64,000 bases of DNA from Nymphaea colorata (taxonomy: Eukaryota), in contig NC_045138.2 in the NCBI RefSeq assembly GCF_008831285.2, positions 3,286,001 to 3,350,000 of the forward strand, written 5' to 3'. Each line of letters opens with the position of its first letter. Within the stretch, counting starts at the first letter, position 1. The notes under the pieces were generated by a model. That model ran no database searches, was not told the DNA's origin, and saw only the letters and a program-made list of their open reading frames with translations. Positions 1 to 11,900 of this stretch are shown here, piece after piece. The translations under genes were made by a program, and so were the position numbers.

Positions 1-519
1 GTAAGTGCACGTGCACAATACACATATCTAATAATATGAGATATCCAATCAATTTTATTGGTTTCCATAGAATGCAAAGTTGGTTTCTTTGTAGTCAAGG
101 CACTATCGGATGTCACAGCAATATCAATGGAATGATTTGTAATTAGTATATTACATAATATTTGCATCTACTTTATATAGAATATGTGTGATTTATTAAA
201 TACGTGACCTAAGTAAATATGATAATTTTTTGTGCCTTGCCATTGACTATTAGTTGGCCAATCAGTCTAATTAATAATTTACTAGGAGTGAAATTAAAGT
301 TGCTTTTCAACAAAATGTTAACAATTTCTTTGATTTTAAAAGCAACTATACATGTGTTATCTTGTGAATTATTTGTAAAGTTAACCGAAAGTCTCATAAT
401 CAGTGCACATGGTTATTCCATTTATTTGGTTCTACATGTTTCATGTATAAACATTAGATGCACTTACATTGAAGAAAAACTTGCGACCAAGTCATTCGAA
501 TGTTGGATCGCCGTCAGTT

Positions 520-742
520 TAACATGCTCCACATCGGATTCATTTTTAGACAAATATCTTATATCTAATGCTATTAAAATTTGAAAATTGGCAACGGATA
601 TAAATGTAAAAAATCGGTTTCGCATCGGATTCAGATTGTAAAATCGGTTTTGGATACAATTTTTCTTTATTCGAATCTGAATAAGTGAATATCTGAAAAA
701 ACGGATATGACTAAGGATATATCCGATCCGTTGTCATCCCTA
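520..742. mobile_element. Right end of a non-autonomous DNA transposon (MITE-like) with ATCCGA/TCGGAT subterminal repeats
   Basis: Clustered TCGGAT/ATCCGA motifs end in TTGTCATCCCTA (731-742), a terminus typical of plant TAGGG-ended non-autonomous elements. The partner TIR is not identified in the window. Confidence 0.4.
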
Positions 743-933
743 CTTGAATGGGAGGGTCAGAAATTGTTCTTTTTTTAGTCTTCTGCAAATTCATAAATTT
801 GTGGCTAGGGTTTTTTTAGTTCCACCTTCACAATCAGAAGCCGGCGGCCTATCCGCATTCTTGACTCAACTTACTCTAAACTCAAAAAAGAGAATATATA
901 TAATATCTCTCACAAAAAGTAGAAGGCTCAAAT

Positions 934-1172
934 GCCCCGAGGGGTGGTAGCGTACTGGGTGGCAAGGTGGTCTGACTCTTCTAAGGACTCAGGTTTGAGC
1001 CTTAGAGTGGTCATTGTCACATCCCAATGTGCTCTACCTCTGGACCGTAAAAGATCCCAAAGCATGCTTCTTGAAAACCTAGGGGGGTGGACAGAGGAGC
1101 GGGTGGGTGCGCTTGACTAGGTAGGGGTGATGTTCAATGTTTAAATCTCTTTGCTACCTCTTTCTTTAAAAA
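934..1172 (+). mobile_element. tRNA-derived SINE-like element
   Basis: GC-rich island in AT-rich DNA with a Pol III box A-like TAGCGTACTGG (948-958) and box B-like GGTTTGAGCC (992-1001) at tRNA-like spacing, a G-rich 3' part and a short A tail. Confidence 0.5.
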
Positions 1173-1308
1173 CTAATTTTTTTTAATGAAACTCTCAGCT
1201 TAGCTCAAGCCAATCCTCGCCTCGAGCTTAACCCAGGTCGAGTTTTATCTTAGGACACTGAGTTTCACTCATGGACAGCCCTGCAATTGTGGCTGCAACA
1301 CCAAACTT

Positions 1309-1315
<7 letters not shown>

Positions 1316-1342
<27 letters not shown>
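1316..1342. repeat. (GA)n microsatellite
   Basis: Direct observation. Confidence 0.95.
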
Positions 1343-2050
1343 GTAGCATTTATTCATTGGCGCTGGGATCCATGTTAACCAACATCACAAGAAAGAGGAG
1401 AAGGGATAGAATTTGGATGGAATATATGGAAGCAGCAACGGCTGGGAAGATAAAGAGAGAATGGTTGTCAACTAGTGCCTCACCAGTTGGATATTCCTCC
1501 AAATATCCACATGTACGTTTTCTCGCTATATCTTCAATTCTTCAACTATGTCCACTCTTTTTGCACCCCACCACTCAATTCTCCATCCTCCTTCTCTGAT
1601 TCTGTTCTTCTTCCTTCTTTTCTTTTCCTTCTCCTTCCTTCAATGGTCGGCAAATTATCATATCTTTTCAGCCATATCTAACTAGCCATTGTGTCGGCCG
1701 AGCCCACAGAAGGTCCTGTCTCGAACAGTTCGATCAACTAAGCCCATAAGGGGTGGGTGCGGGCCCACTGCGGCATAGGCTGGTACGCGGTCCAATTCTT
1801 CACCTAGTGTGGTCTCACACTTTTACCATGAGGGTGTTGAAAAGGGGAGCCAAAATGGAGGTTAAAGAAGGAGATATTTTCCACATATAAATCCATTTTT
1901 TTCATTGAATTTATATCTCATATCTTGTGAATTGGAAGCCAAATGCATTAAAGGTTTGCTGTATAATCTTAATTATGGAATTATGTCATTTTTATATTCA
2001 GGTTATAACTAGTTCAACTACTCCGAAGGGTGGTAGCCTATTGGGCGTTC

Positions 2051-2055
<5 letters not shown>

Positions 2056-2097
<42 letters not shown>
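2056..2097. repeat. (AT)n microsatellite
   Basis: Direct observation. Confidence 0.95.
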
Positions 2098-2101
<4 letters not shown>

Positions 2102-2489
2102 CAGCCTCTCATGACACACCCGATGCATGCATCGCAGCAGTGCGTTTGATCAAGTCCATTCGGCCCAATCTTGATGGCCGGTCAATTTCACCTTATATAT
2201 ATATATATTCCTGAACTGAGACGCTTGTTTGGAGGATCAATAACTCAACAATGTAAAAGGATTTTATGTTCATATGAGTCAGGCTGTCTGGCAATGCTTA
2301 CCAATTGTTCCTGTTCCACTAATATGATGGATTGGGAATTGGGATATGTTCGTCGGACACTTTGTTACAGTGTTCTATGAACCTGTTCCAGCCTTTGAGA
2401 CAAGAGTCTAATCTTCTCATAAATTGTCTAGTTTTTGTTTACACCAAAATAACTAAATTCTGCGTGAATTTCATAAACATGATGAATAA

Positions 2490-2852
2490 AGGGTGTTTGA
2501 TGAGGCGAAGTTGTGGACTTTTATAATTAAAATTCTCATTTTTGATGGGTTACCAAACTAAAATTTTGATTCTATTATTACAGGCTCATTTTTAAATTAA
2601 AATTTCAGAATTGCGATTGTACCTTAGGAGGCAAAATTATGATTTTAGAATTTTAGGATTTGTTCATCTCTCTCTCTCTCTCTGTAGCACATGTCATTAC
2701 CAATTCTAGAATTTGAATTTATGTTTTAACAAACATATCATTTTCAATTCTGTAATCACCTGGAATTTTCATTCCAATTTCAATTTGAAATTGGAATTTT
2801 GTTTCTAGAATTTTAATTCTAAAATCAAATTTCAAGGCCGTCAAACATCCCC
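2490..2852. mobile_element. Tourist/PIF-Harbinger-like MITE
   Basis: Imperfect TIRs AGGGTGTTTGA ... TCAAACATCCCC flanked by TAA on both sides (2487-2489, 2853-2855). AT-rich interior. Confidence 0.6.
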
Positions 2853-3074
2853 TAAGAAGATAACACTTTCTAATTCCATTCTTAAAATTGAGTTTTCATT
2901 TCGGAAAAAACTGACTGCGAATCAATTAACTTCTTTGTAATTAAAAATTTATACCTAAATTTAGCGCATAATTATGGTCAATGTGCCACCCAATCTTTTT
3001 TAAGAAAATTAAACTTCATGTAGCAGCCCCGTTGCTATATAATTTGGTAAGTTGTCAAAAAAGGAGGTTCTACT

Positions 3075-3225
3075 TATGTCCTCCCCTCCTTTTTAAGTCA
3101 TACCGGCTGGCAAGCGATGCAATATAAGCACCAGTGACTTGAATAGCACCCATGAGAATCGAACTGAGGACTAGACTTTCATTAACCTACCAGTTTGACC
3201 TGCAGTTTGCAGCTTAATGCACGCA
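3075..3225 (-). mobile_element. Degenerate SINE related to the 18492-18741 element
   Basis: The reverse strand reads AGTTCGATTCTCATGGGTGCTAT (3165-3143), matching the box B region AGTTTGATTCTCGTGGGCGCTAT of the SINE at 18550. Boundaries are approximate. Confidence 0.45.
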
Positions 3226-4152
3226 AGTATTTTTCTTATAAATTTGGGGCTTAGACTCCTAGTTTGGTGGATCTCAATAGGTACTCTTAACACATTCAGT
3301 TTCATTTTTTAATAATCAAGATAACTAATCATCTAACCAACTCCTTAATATCTTTGAATATTTTTCAACAATCTAGAAATATAAATGACTAAATTCTTAT
3401 AGTGGGTGTTAAAAAGATCAACATCACTTGAAGCAGGGGGCCCGCACTGGCCCTGGCTCCACTTCAATTTTTTTTTAAAAAAATTATTTGTTTTATATAA
3501 AAATTTTGAAAAATGATATTTCAGCATGTCATAATTTAAAAACTTTAATTCAGCCCTCATTATGAAAAATTTTTGGCTTCGCCCTTGCTTGACTCACATA
3601 TATATGTGAAGATAGAACTCTAGATAAAAGTATTGAATCCTTCTTATAATAATTTGGTTGCGGCTTTAAAAGACTACAAACTAAAATAATTATTTACTTA
3701 ACGAGCCCTGTTATAAGTAATTAGAGTTTTCACACAATTTTCAATACAATAGGGAGTCACCCCAAGAATAATGTCCACCAAACATTGCCAAAAACATGAT
3801 CCATGATATTCTTCGAAAGAGAAAAGAACTCTTTTTAGCGTGTGCAAACATCAACACGATAAAAAAAATGACTACCTTTTAAAGCATCTTCTAACCCAAG
3901 GGTGGGCGCCAGTATATATTTTGAACTTTTAAAATTTACGCATATAACTTTTTTTGAAAATATTCTCACTCTTTGTAAGAACTTTTGAAAAATATATTGA
4001 CCCCTTTTATAGTTTATTCTTCGATTGTTCAGCCTCTCCAAGATGAAAATTCCAGCTTTGTCCTTGCACTAGGATTTATGTAGTCATTGATTCTATTAGC
4101 AGGTATCAACTCCCCGTATAAACCGGGAATTTTTTTATTGATGGTGCTTAAC

Positions 4153-4248
4153 TATAGTTTTAGATTTTTGAAGATTTTCAAATTTTTTACATTTTTACAT
4201 TATAGTTTTAGATTTTTGAAGATTTTCAAAATTTTTACATTTTTACAT
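4153..4248. repeat. 48-bp tandem duplication
   Basis: TATAGTTTTAGATTTTTGAAGATTTTCAAA...TTTACAT occurs twice in tandem. Confidence 0.9.
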
Positions 4249-4304
4249 AACTGGAATGATTTTTTTCCTTAAATTTGGGGGCGCCGACAAAGTTTAGTAT
4301 TAAG

Positions 4305-4653
4305 TAGGGATGAACACGAGTCGAGTCGAACCCGAGTTCAGTTAACTAGAGCTCGAGCTTGACTAATGAAACATCGAGCTCGACTTGACAATTACGTGTT
4401 GAGTTCGAGCTCGACTCGATTAAGGTTTGAGAAACTCGTTTGAATAGAATTGATATTCATCGTTACTAGTTGAGTTCGAGCTCGACTAGATTAAGGCTGC
4501 AAACTCGTTTTAATAAAATTGATATTCATCCTTACGTGTTGAGCTCCAACTCAACTAAATTAAGGCTCTCAACTCATTTGAATAGGGCTAGACAAATTTC
4601 CACTTGATAGTTACATATGTTGACCTTAACTCAACTCGATTATTTAACCCCTA
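4305..4653. mobile_element. MITE-like element with TAGGG...CCCTA ends and GAGCTCGA/CTCGAC internal repeats
   Basis: Starts TAGGGATGAACA and ends TATTTAACCCCTA. The interior has three ~60-bp repeats rich in GAGTTCGAGCTCGACT. TSD imperfect. Confidence 0.55.
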
Positions 4654-4807
4654 CTGAGTTAACGGTTAGTTACTTTGGAGGGAAGGGTGTTATTGTAACT
4701 TACGTTAAAAAAAAAAATTATCCATCGTGAGAGGGAAAAGAAAGCGTACCATTGTGCTTTGGGGATTTCATTAATTAGAATTAAAGGATTGCTTCAAATC
4801 CGTGACT

Positions 4808-4814
4808 ATAAAAG
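4808..4814 (+). promoter_or_regulatory. Candidate TATA box upstream of SPS
   Basis: TATAAAA followed by pyrimidine/CT-rich leader-like sequence about 1.1 kb upstream of the SPS ATG. A likely 5'UTR intron lies at 5785-5868 (G|GTAAGT...TTGAACAG|G). Confidence 0.35.
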
Positions 4815-5948
4815 CAAGAGGCTTTCCCCTTCATGGCGCCACCCGGCTTCGAACCTCTCTCTCTCCTGCTGCAAATCTGGTTGAACTCGTTAACAAGAAG
4901 TTCAGGAGTTCCTCGAAACATCGGCGGGGTCCTTCTTTGAGTATAACGGTGGAAGATCTTCGTCTTCTTGCCGATATCCGACGCCCTGTGGCTAGTTTTT
5001 CTCTTTTTATTTTTCATCTTGTTTCTGATTTATGTGTTTCTTCTTGTAGATAATCGCATTTACGGTTTCCGTGGTCGATAGGGAACTGCTTTTTCCATTT
5101 CTAGGAAAAATTGAAGTTACTTTCCTTTTCCCGTTATTTTCTATTTTGATCGTCTGTGGAGCTAGAGTTTCGCTTAACAGAGGAGACCTAGTGTTTTCTC
5201 ATTACGTGCAGCTTCATAACAATTTCAACAGGATTTGGAGGTTTTCTTCTCTCTCTGTGAACGGATATTCGTGTTTATTTCTTTTGCTTGCTTTCTTTCT
5301 TATTTTTATTCGTGAATTTAGAAGGAACGATGATTTTTGGCTTTTTGTAGCGCGTGTTTCGGTTGTTTTTATCGTGTTCCTCCGTTTTGGAGAAGGATTT
5401 CAAAATGGAGAATTGTCTATTTTAGTTCCCTTTGCTCCTTGCAGGTATCCTGGTGCAGGAACCTGTGCTTTCTAACAGCGTCCTCTGATTTTTTATTTAA
5501 CGATCGATTGAAGGAATTTCGTGTAATCTTTCTTCAACTTTGTTTTCCCGCGAATTTTCTTCTCTGCTCCCTTCCAGCCCCGAGACGTTCATTTCCATCG
5601 AATTGTGTCTGTTTTCTTTCCGAAGGCCTCCGTTCCTCGAAAGTAAGAATCCGGAGTCCCTAATCTAAGATCTTCTGCTTCTTCTTTACTTCTCTCTCCG
5701 CTTCACTGTTCCATTTTCTGGAGTTCTCTGCAATTAGCCGGCCTCCCTTGAAGTTCTCATTTCGGAGACCATTCGATTCAAAGGGTAAGTCTCTGTGTGA
5801 TCGGGTGGACGCATGTTTCGTTAATGTGAAATTACAGAGGTGGTGTTTTTGTTCTCCGTTTTGAACAGGGGAATTGGAAAGGATTTTTCCTTTGGAATTG
5901 CCTGTGACCGAGAGGCGGTAGTAGGAGACGGGAAAGGGCAAGGAAGCT

Positions 5949-8900
5949 ATGGCGGGAAATGAGTGGATTAATGGATACTTGGAGGCGATTTTAGACGCTG
6001 GTGGGGCCAAATTGGAGGAAGGTAAAGAAAGGCGGAGCGTGGAGATGGTGGGGGGAGGGGTCTTTAACCTCACCAAGTACTTCGTGGAGGAAGTCGTTAC
6101 GGGGTTCGATGAGTCCGACCTCTACAGGACGTGGATAAAGGTAACCGCTCAAACGCCGCCTCCCTTTTTTCCTTATCGGTTCATTAATTACCAACTTGAT
6201 TTCTTGGCAACGGACCCTCCGGTAAGTAGCAGTAAGCTTGGCTTAAGTTGCTAGAGGTAAATTGAGCCAAGGCTGAGTTGGCTTGCTGAAAAAAATCATA
6301 AAAAGAAGAAACGGTAACAAAGTGTGAAATAGCTGATGTTCGATAAAGACAAAAAAGCATTAAAGATAAGATTTGAACTCCAAACGTAGAGACGATAAAG
6401 AAACACCTCTACAAGTTGAGATAGGTCACGGAAAATTAAATTTGAGAGGCCGCTTTTGGTTGTAATCTCAAAAGGAAGGCTTCATCTCCTAAATATTTTT
6501 TATATACCCCTGTTGTATATTGATCTACTTTTATCATCATCTATTACCTTAACAGGTGTATTTGAGTTGAATGATACGACAAGAATATCTTTCCTTATTC
6601 AAGAAAAGGGGAAAAAGGTTCTTTTTGAACTTAAAATTCACTCTCAAGGACAATGCGTGAGAAAGTATGAAGTTTAATGTTCAGCAGTGCCGCCAGCATA
6701 ATAAAAATTTCATGTTTGAGTATGTTTTCTTATATTACTAGAATGTAGGCCTCCCGATTAAAGTCTCTTCCTTTCTGAAAAGTGCGACAAAAAATGGTTT
6801 TAATATGTGTTAGCAGGAATCATAAAAAAATGTTATGAACAAACCTCAATATTTTCACAATATCGTGTTATTACAGTTAAGAGTTTCGTGCTTAGTACTT
6901 CTTGTTAGCCTTTACCCAGTATGAGAAATGCAAGTTGCGTTTTGTGTGGGCCGTTTGCTTCATGTTATCCTGTAATAATAATGCATGAGAGATTAACTTA
7001 GCCATACCTCGTCGGACACTTTTCTTAAAGAATCTCTTGCGAGTTAGGAAACATTTCCCAGAGAATATCTATGAGACAGCAACTTGGCCAATTGGTAATG
7101 ATGGTTTCATGGTGCTGTTCTCATTCGGTATGGTGGTCGAGCTTATTCGGTTGTCTGTTAGAAGCATATAGTGATTTAATTCTTGGAGGGCGTCTTGTCA
7201 TCACGTTTTCCAATATTATGCACTATTTCTTTCACAAGTGTCTAGTTATTTAGGGTAGGATTGGGGAGTAGACGCATGGAGTTGCTTAGAAGGCCGTTAG
7301 GGGATGATCGAGACCCAAACCCAGTTGTTTAGTGTTTTAACTTTTATGCCAGCCAATAGATGGCCGGGGGCAGCCTTTACGTCCACGCAATTTGCTCTAT
7401 CTAACCAAGGCCAACCCGTCTACTTGTGCGTTTTTGGTTTTGACGACGTCGCTAAATAGAAAAGGAGACTTTGGGTCGATTTCAAAGCAGGGGATCTTGG
7501 TTAAGGCCATCTTGAGTTCAGGCTCTGTGGGTCGAACTCCATATATGTACCTCATTTAATTAGAAGCTTTAGGCCAACTAATATAGCCACGTATAAACTT
7601 GGTGACAAGAGAGAGGTGAGATTTAACACTATGGATGAGTTCCCAAGTCGTTACTCAGCCCGTTGTTCGCCGAGATGTAGTGGGTCCCAGTATCCCTGTA
7701 ACTAGTGGTGTTCAAGGGAGGGTGGTCCCAGTATGTCTGGCCGCTTATCAAGGCGGACATGCTTAAAGGAAGAAGAGATAATGTTGAAGGTGCCATGGAT
7801 ATTTCTTATTGACAAGAAGCGTGGCAACCAAAATTCTTCAAGCTTGTGTTTCTGATTTGTAATTGTTTTTGTTTCTTTCAAGCGGTGCTGTCTTTGTCTC
7901 CTTCTTTAGTTCACATCACAAATCCGTTGTCCTCTTGCATAAGTCGAAATTATGGTATGTGTAGGACTTGATGTTGAAAATTTACACCCAAGGTTTCTGT
8001 GATTGCTCTCCCAGTCTTGGTTTTCCCGTCAAATTTGCTTAGAAAAAAGAAATCCACTACCCTCATTGGACCCTGAAAGTGGCTCCTAATTTACCTATCT
8101 TCTGTTGAAGGATTGGTTATCTGATCCATATTTTCGTTGTTCTTTTCTTATTTCAGTGTTTTGTCAGAAGGCATTTGATAATTTCTTTTTTGTTTTTTGC
8201 AACCTAAAGCTCAACTGCTGAACTTATGCCATAATTTTTTGAGAAAGCAAAAGAAAAAAGGCATCGCAATGGAGACGCTTCTTGTGTATTAAACAATTGG
8301 TCTCCTTCAAATATAAGGTTGTTGGTCCAATGTTGCCGGATCATGGTGTCTTTAGTGTAGAGATACTTTGCAAATTAGGAAAAATAGCACCCTCCATGGT
8401 ATAGCTCTGTCCAATAAATATGTTGACAGTCTATGTGGAACTTCACCGCACTAAAGATTGAGTATGTTTGTTCACGAAGAACATCTTATGGACTGAGTTG
8501 TTTTCTCATTAACTTTGAGTTAATGGTATTATGTTGCTTATCTTGAAAATTTGCTTAATTCATATGCGTATAGATTAAACCATATTCCAGAATAAATCGT
8601 GCAGTTCGTTCTGTAGAAAAAATAGAAAAACATCGCGATATTCGGTCGCCACCCATTCGACGTTTACGGATTTCACTTTGCGACTGTTTGGGCATTGTGG
8701 CGATGTGGTTTTCCACCCAGACAAGTGTTAGAAACATTGCATCCGAACTTTCTTTTTGACTTGGGAAAGTGGCGTATAAGGAAAGGAGTGGTTACATTCT
8801 AAGAACTAGTGGATTGTGGAGCCTGCACATCTTTCACATTTATGTCAACAGAAGTGGTTATCCGCACGGCCTTTACACCATCCCACCAAGCTAAATACTG

Positions 8901-11900
8901 CTGATTATGCAGACTTCCTTGTATATGTAAATGTGTCTGATTTTGGTATTTGTATGCTGTCGTTTTTCTTAAGGTCACGTTTGATTACCGTGGATCTGAG
9001 GTTCGCAGTGAGCTGATCTGAGATCACCGTGTATCTCAGATCTAAACCACCCCCCTTGTGCGTTAGATACTTAGATCTCAAATTCATGCTTTCATACTAT
9101 ACTGTGGATTTGAGATCTACGTTGAGGGTGGATGCTGAAGTCCACTGTTTTTTCAGCTATCATATATTTCAGATTTCCTCGAAATTGAGATCTATGAGAA
9201 ATCAAACACAACCTAAATTTACCACATATATTTCTGGGTGGACTTAAATGTACTTATACAAAAAGGACTTGAAAGTAGTCTTAAGTGAAACGTTTTAAAA
9301 AATTTCGAGGGTTATAATCCTATGAATTTACTGCCACTTGTTCTGCTGGCAACTTTATTGGGTGTCATCCGATTTTTCTAGCGTTATAGGCCCATGCATT
9401 TATCACTTTCCCTTTTTTTTGTATAAATTGAAGTCGGTTATTAGATACGCTACATCGAAGTGCATGTATCATCTAAGTTTTTGATTGAGCTGTTACGTCT
9501 GATATCCAATCCTAATTTTAGTGCTCAAACTTGAGATCCCACGCGTTGAAAGAAACTGAATTGTAACATGTCTTTGATCGACGAACTTAAGAATAGTGTT
9601 ATATTAAAGGTTTTCAAGTTTTTTTTCTAGAGGCTTGTATATACTCGTGTGGATATTGTCAGTTATTTATACTTTTCAATTGTGAACGAAAGACAAAATA
9701 CAAAGCGGTTTACTACATACACTAAGCACACTAGTTACTTTGAGATCTGGGGCAAGGCTAGTGCTGTCGAGGCAGTAATGGTTCCATCTACATTGACGTC
9801 ATTTATTAACGGGATAAAGTTGAGTGTTTCTTGAAGTGTGCAAGACATTGGAAGGTTTTTACCTAGAGCATCAAATGATTCAAAATCCACCACAGGAAAA
9901 TGTATCAGAGGCTGGATTGGAATAGGATACGGTTCATTAAAAAATGACAATTTTTTTTAGACCAGACCCGACCAATTGTATCCCTAGTGTCACCGTTATG
10001 TGATAAAGTAAAATGTGCTCATATTATCAGCTAATTGTCGTTTTGCTAACGGGGCTAGTGGAACGTGAAACGAATCAACATGATACAATGCGATAGTCAG
10101 TAGAAGGGGAAACTAGGTCCACTTACGACTTCACGTAGGATCGCAATTCGAAAGCATCTCATGGCAAGTTGTGAATCTTGTTGACGCAGGTGATAGCGAC
10201 AAGGAACTCGCGTGAGCGCAATAACCGGCTTGAGAACATGTGCTGGCGAATATGGCATCTTGCAAGGAAAAAGAAGCAGGTAAAGTTGTTCCTTTCCTTC
10301 CTCTTTTCTCTTCTGTCTCTCTTGCTCATGAAGTGCGTTAATATTCTCGGGCTGCTTTGCCACGTGAAAAAATTGGGGGTCATTTTCTATCCTTAGAATT
10401 ACTCGGCTGCCTCATGGTGCTCGATATGACGTCTGTGGCGATTTGTCCTTGTAAGATTACACGTGAACCTTTTTCTTTCTTCATATCATGGTATTCTTTA
10501 AATTTATACTTAATTTATAGGCAATTGATAATTTTTAGTGTAAACTTATTTTTGTTGCCGTAATTACAGTTAGCAGTTTAAAAGATGTTGTAGACATCAG
10601 TTTGGACACTATTATTTTGTGTCATACTGCATTATATATGTAACGGTATGTTGTATCTGCCAATTTGGGCTGATGCATTTTGCCGGTACCAGTGAATTTA
10701 AATTATTTTTTGTATTAAAAATAAACAAATAAATTTAGTATTGTTTCATTTATACGTCCCTATCGGTTCATATAGGACGATTTTCCTGATAGAAGTCGCG
10801 TATCAGGCAGGATTTGGAAAAGGCCGTTTTAAGCCCCTTCTCGTGTTCTTTTGTTAATGTAGCTATGTGCAACGATGTTGCAACCTTGGTTTAGAATATA
10901 CACATGCAAGAATGAAGAACTAATTTGAAATGCATTTTTATTATGAAAATGGATGAACAATAGGTAGGTGGTGGAAATGAATATGCCAATTAACGATAAT
11001 GAGAGGAAAAAAAAAACTTAAGTACTCTTCTGAAGTAGTAGCTGAAGCCCCGGGCATAATTTGTAAACAGATTGAATGGGATGATTTACGGCGATTGGCG
11101 AAGCGCCGACAGCAGAGAGAGCAAGGGCGAAGAGATGCTGCGGAGGACCTGTCAGAGGATTTGTCGGAAGGGGAGAGAGATGCGTCGGCGCACGGCGACT
11201 CGGTGAGGGGTCCGATATCTCGAATTGGATCCGATTTGCAGAGTTGGACGGATGACGACGAAGGCAAAGGGCTTTACATTGTCCTTATCAGGTCGGTTCA
11301 TCCTGTTTCTCCATTGCAGTCTAACTCCCGTCTTCTTTTTAGTTTCTAATGCGAAGAGATCGCACCCGACATTTGAAAGGGATAGCTCCCGTGCCCCCGG
11401 GGTCTATTCCTCTTGAGACCTTTGCCGAAGGGGGAGGTGGCTCCTATGATATTTGAAAGGTCAACCCACTGAGGACCACAATCAAATTTCAAAATTTACC
11501 TTAGTAACACAAATTTTGATTGTTCCTTATGAGGCCTGGCCTGACAAAAGCCGTTGTCTGTTGTTCAAATGCCGAGTCGTGCTTGCCTAGGAACGTCGGC
11601 GGGTCAGACGTGTCTGGTTTTCAAATTAATGCTGGATCCATTTGTTGGATTTGGTAAAGAAGAAAGGTTCCGAATACTAGTGGCACTCAGAGTCTCAGAC
11701 TCCATATGCATTACTTGACCGAATCTGAAACCGAGTCCCAGAAGAGCACTGGCAATAGCTGACTTAACTATAAATGTTTGATTCAACGGCGGATATAAGA
11801 TTGTTTCTGCGGAGAGCTACTATATAATTTCTGAAATTTGTATGGGGTTAATTGGAAATTTTTGGAAACCGCTTCTAGTAAAATTTTGTTTTTGGTCAAA

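Noticed and set aside
209..584. 121-aa ORF at the window start
   Set aside because: AT-rich, no motif, and it runs into a MITE-like end.
934..1010. tRNA gene
   Set aside because: Box A/B-like motifs are present, but I could not fold a cloverleaf and it continues into a SINE-like body. The same applies at 18492.
5446..5453. U12-type intron donor (GTATCCTG)
   Set aside because: It deviates from GTATCCTT and no TCCTTAAC branch site is seen at a suitable distance.
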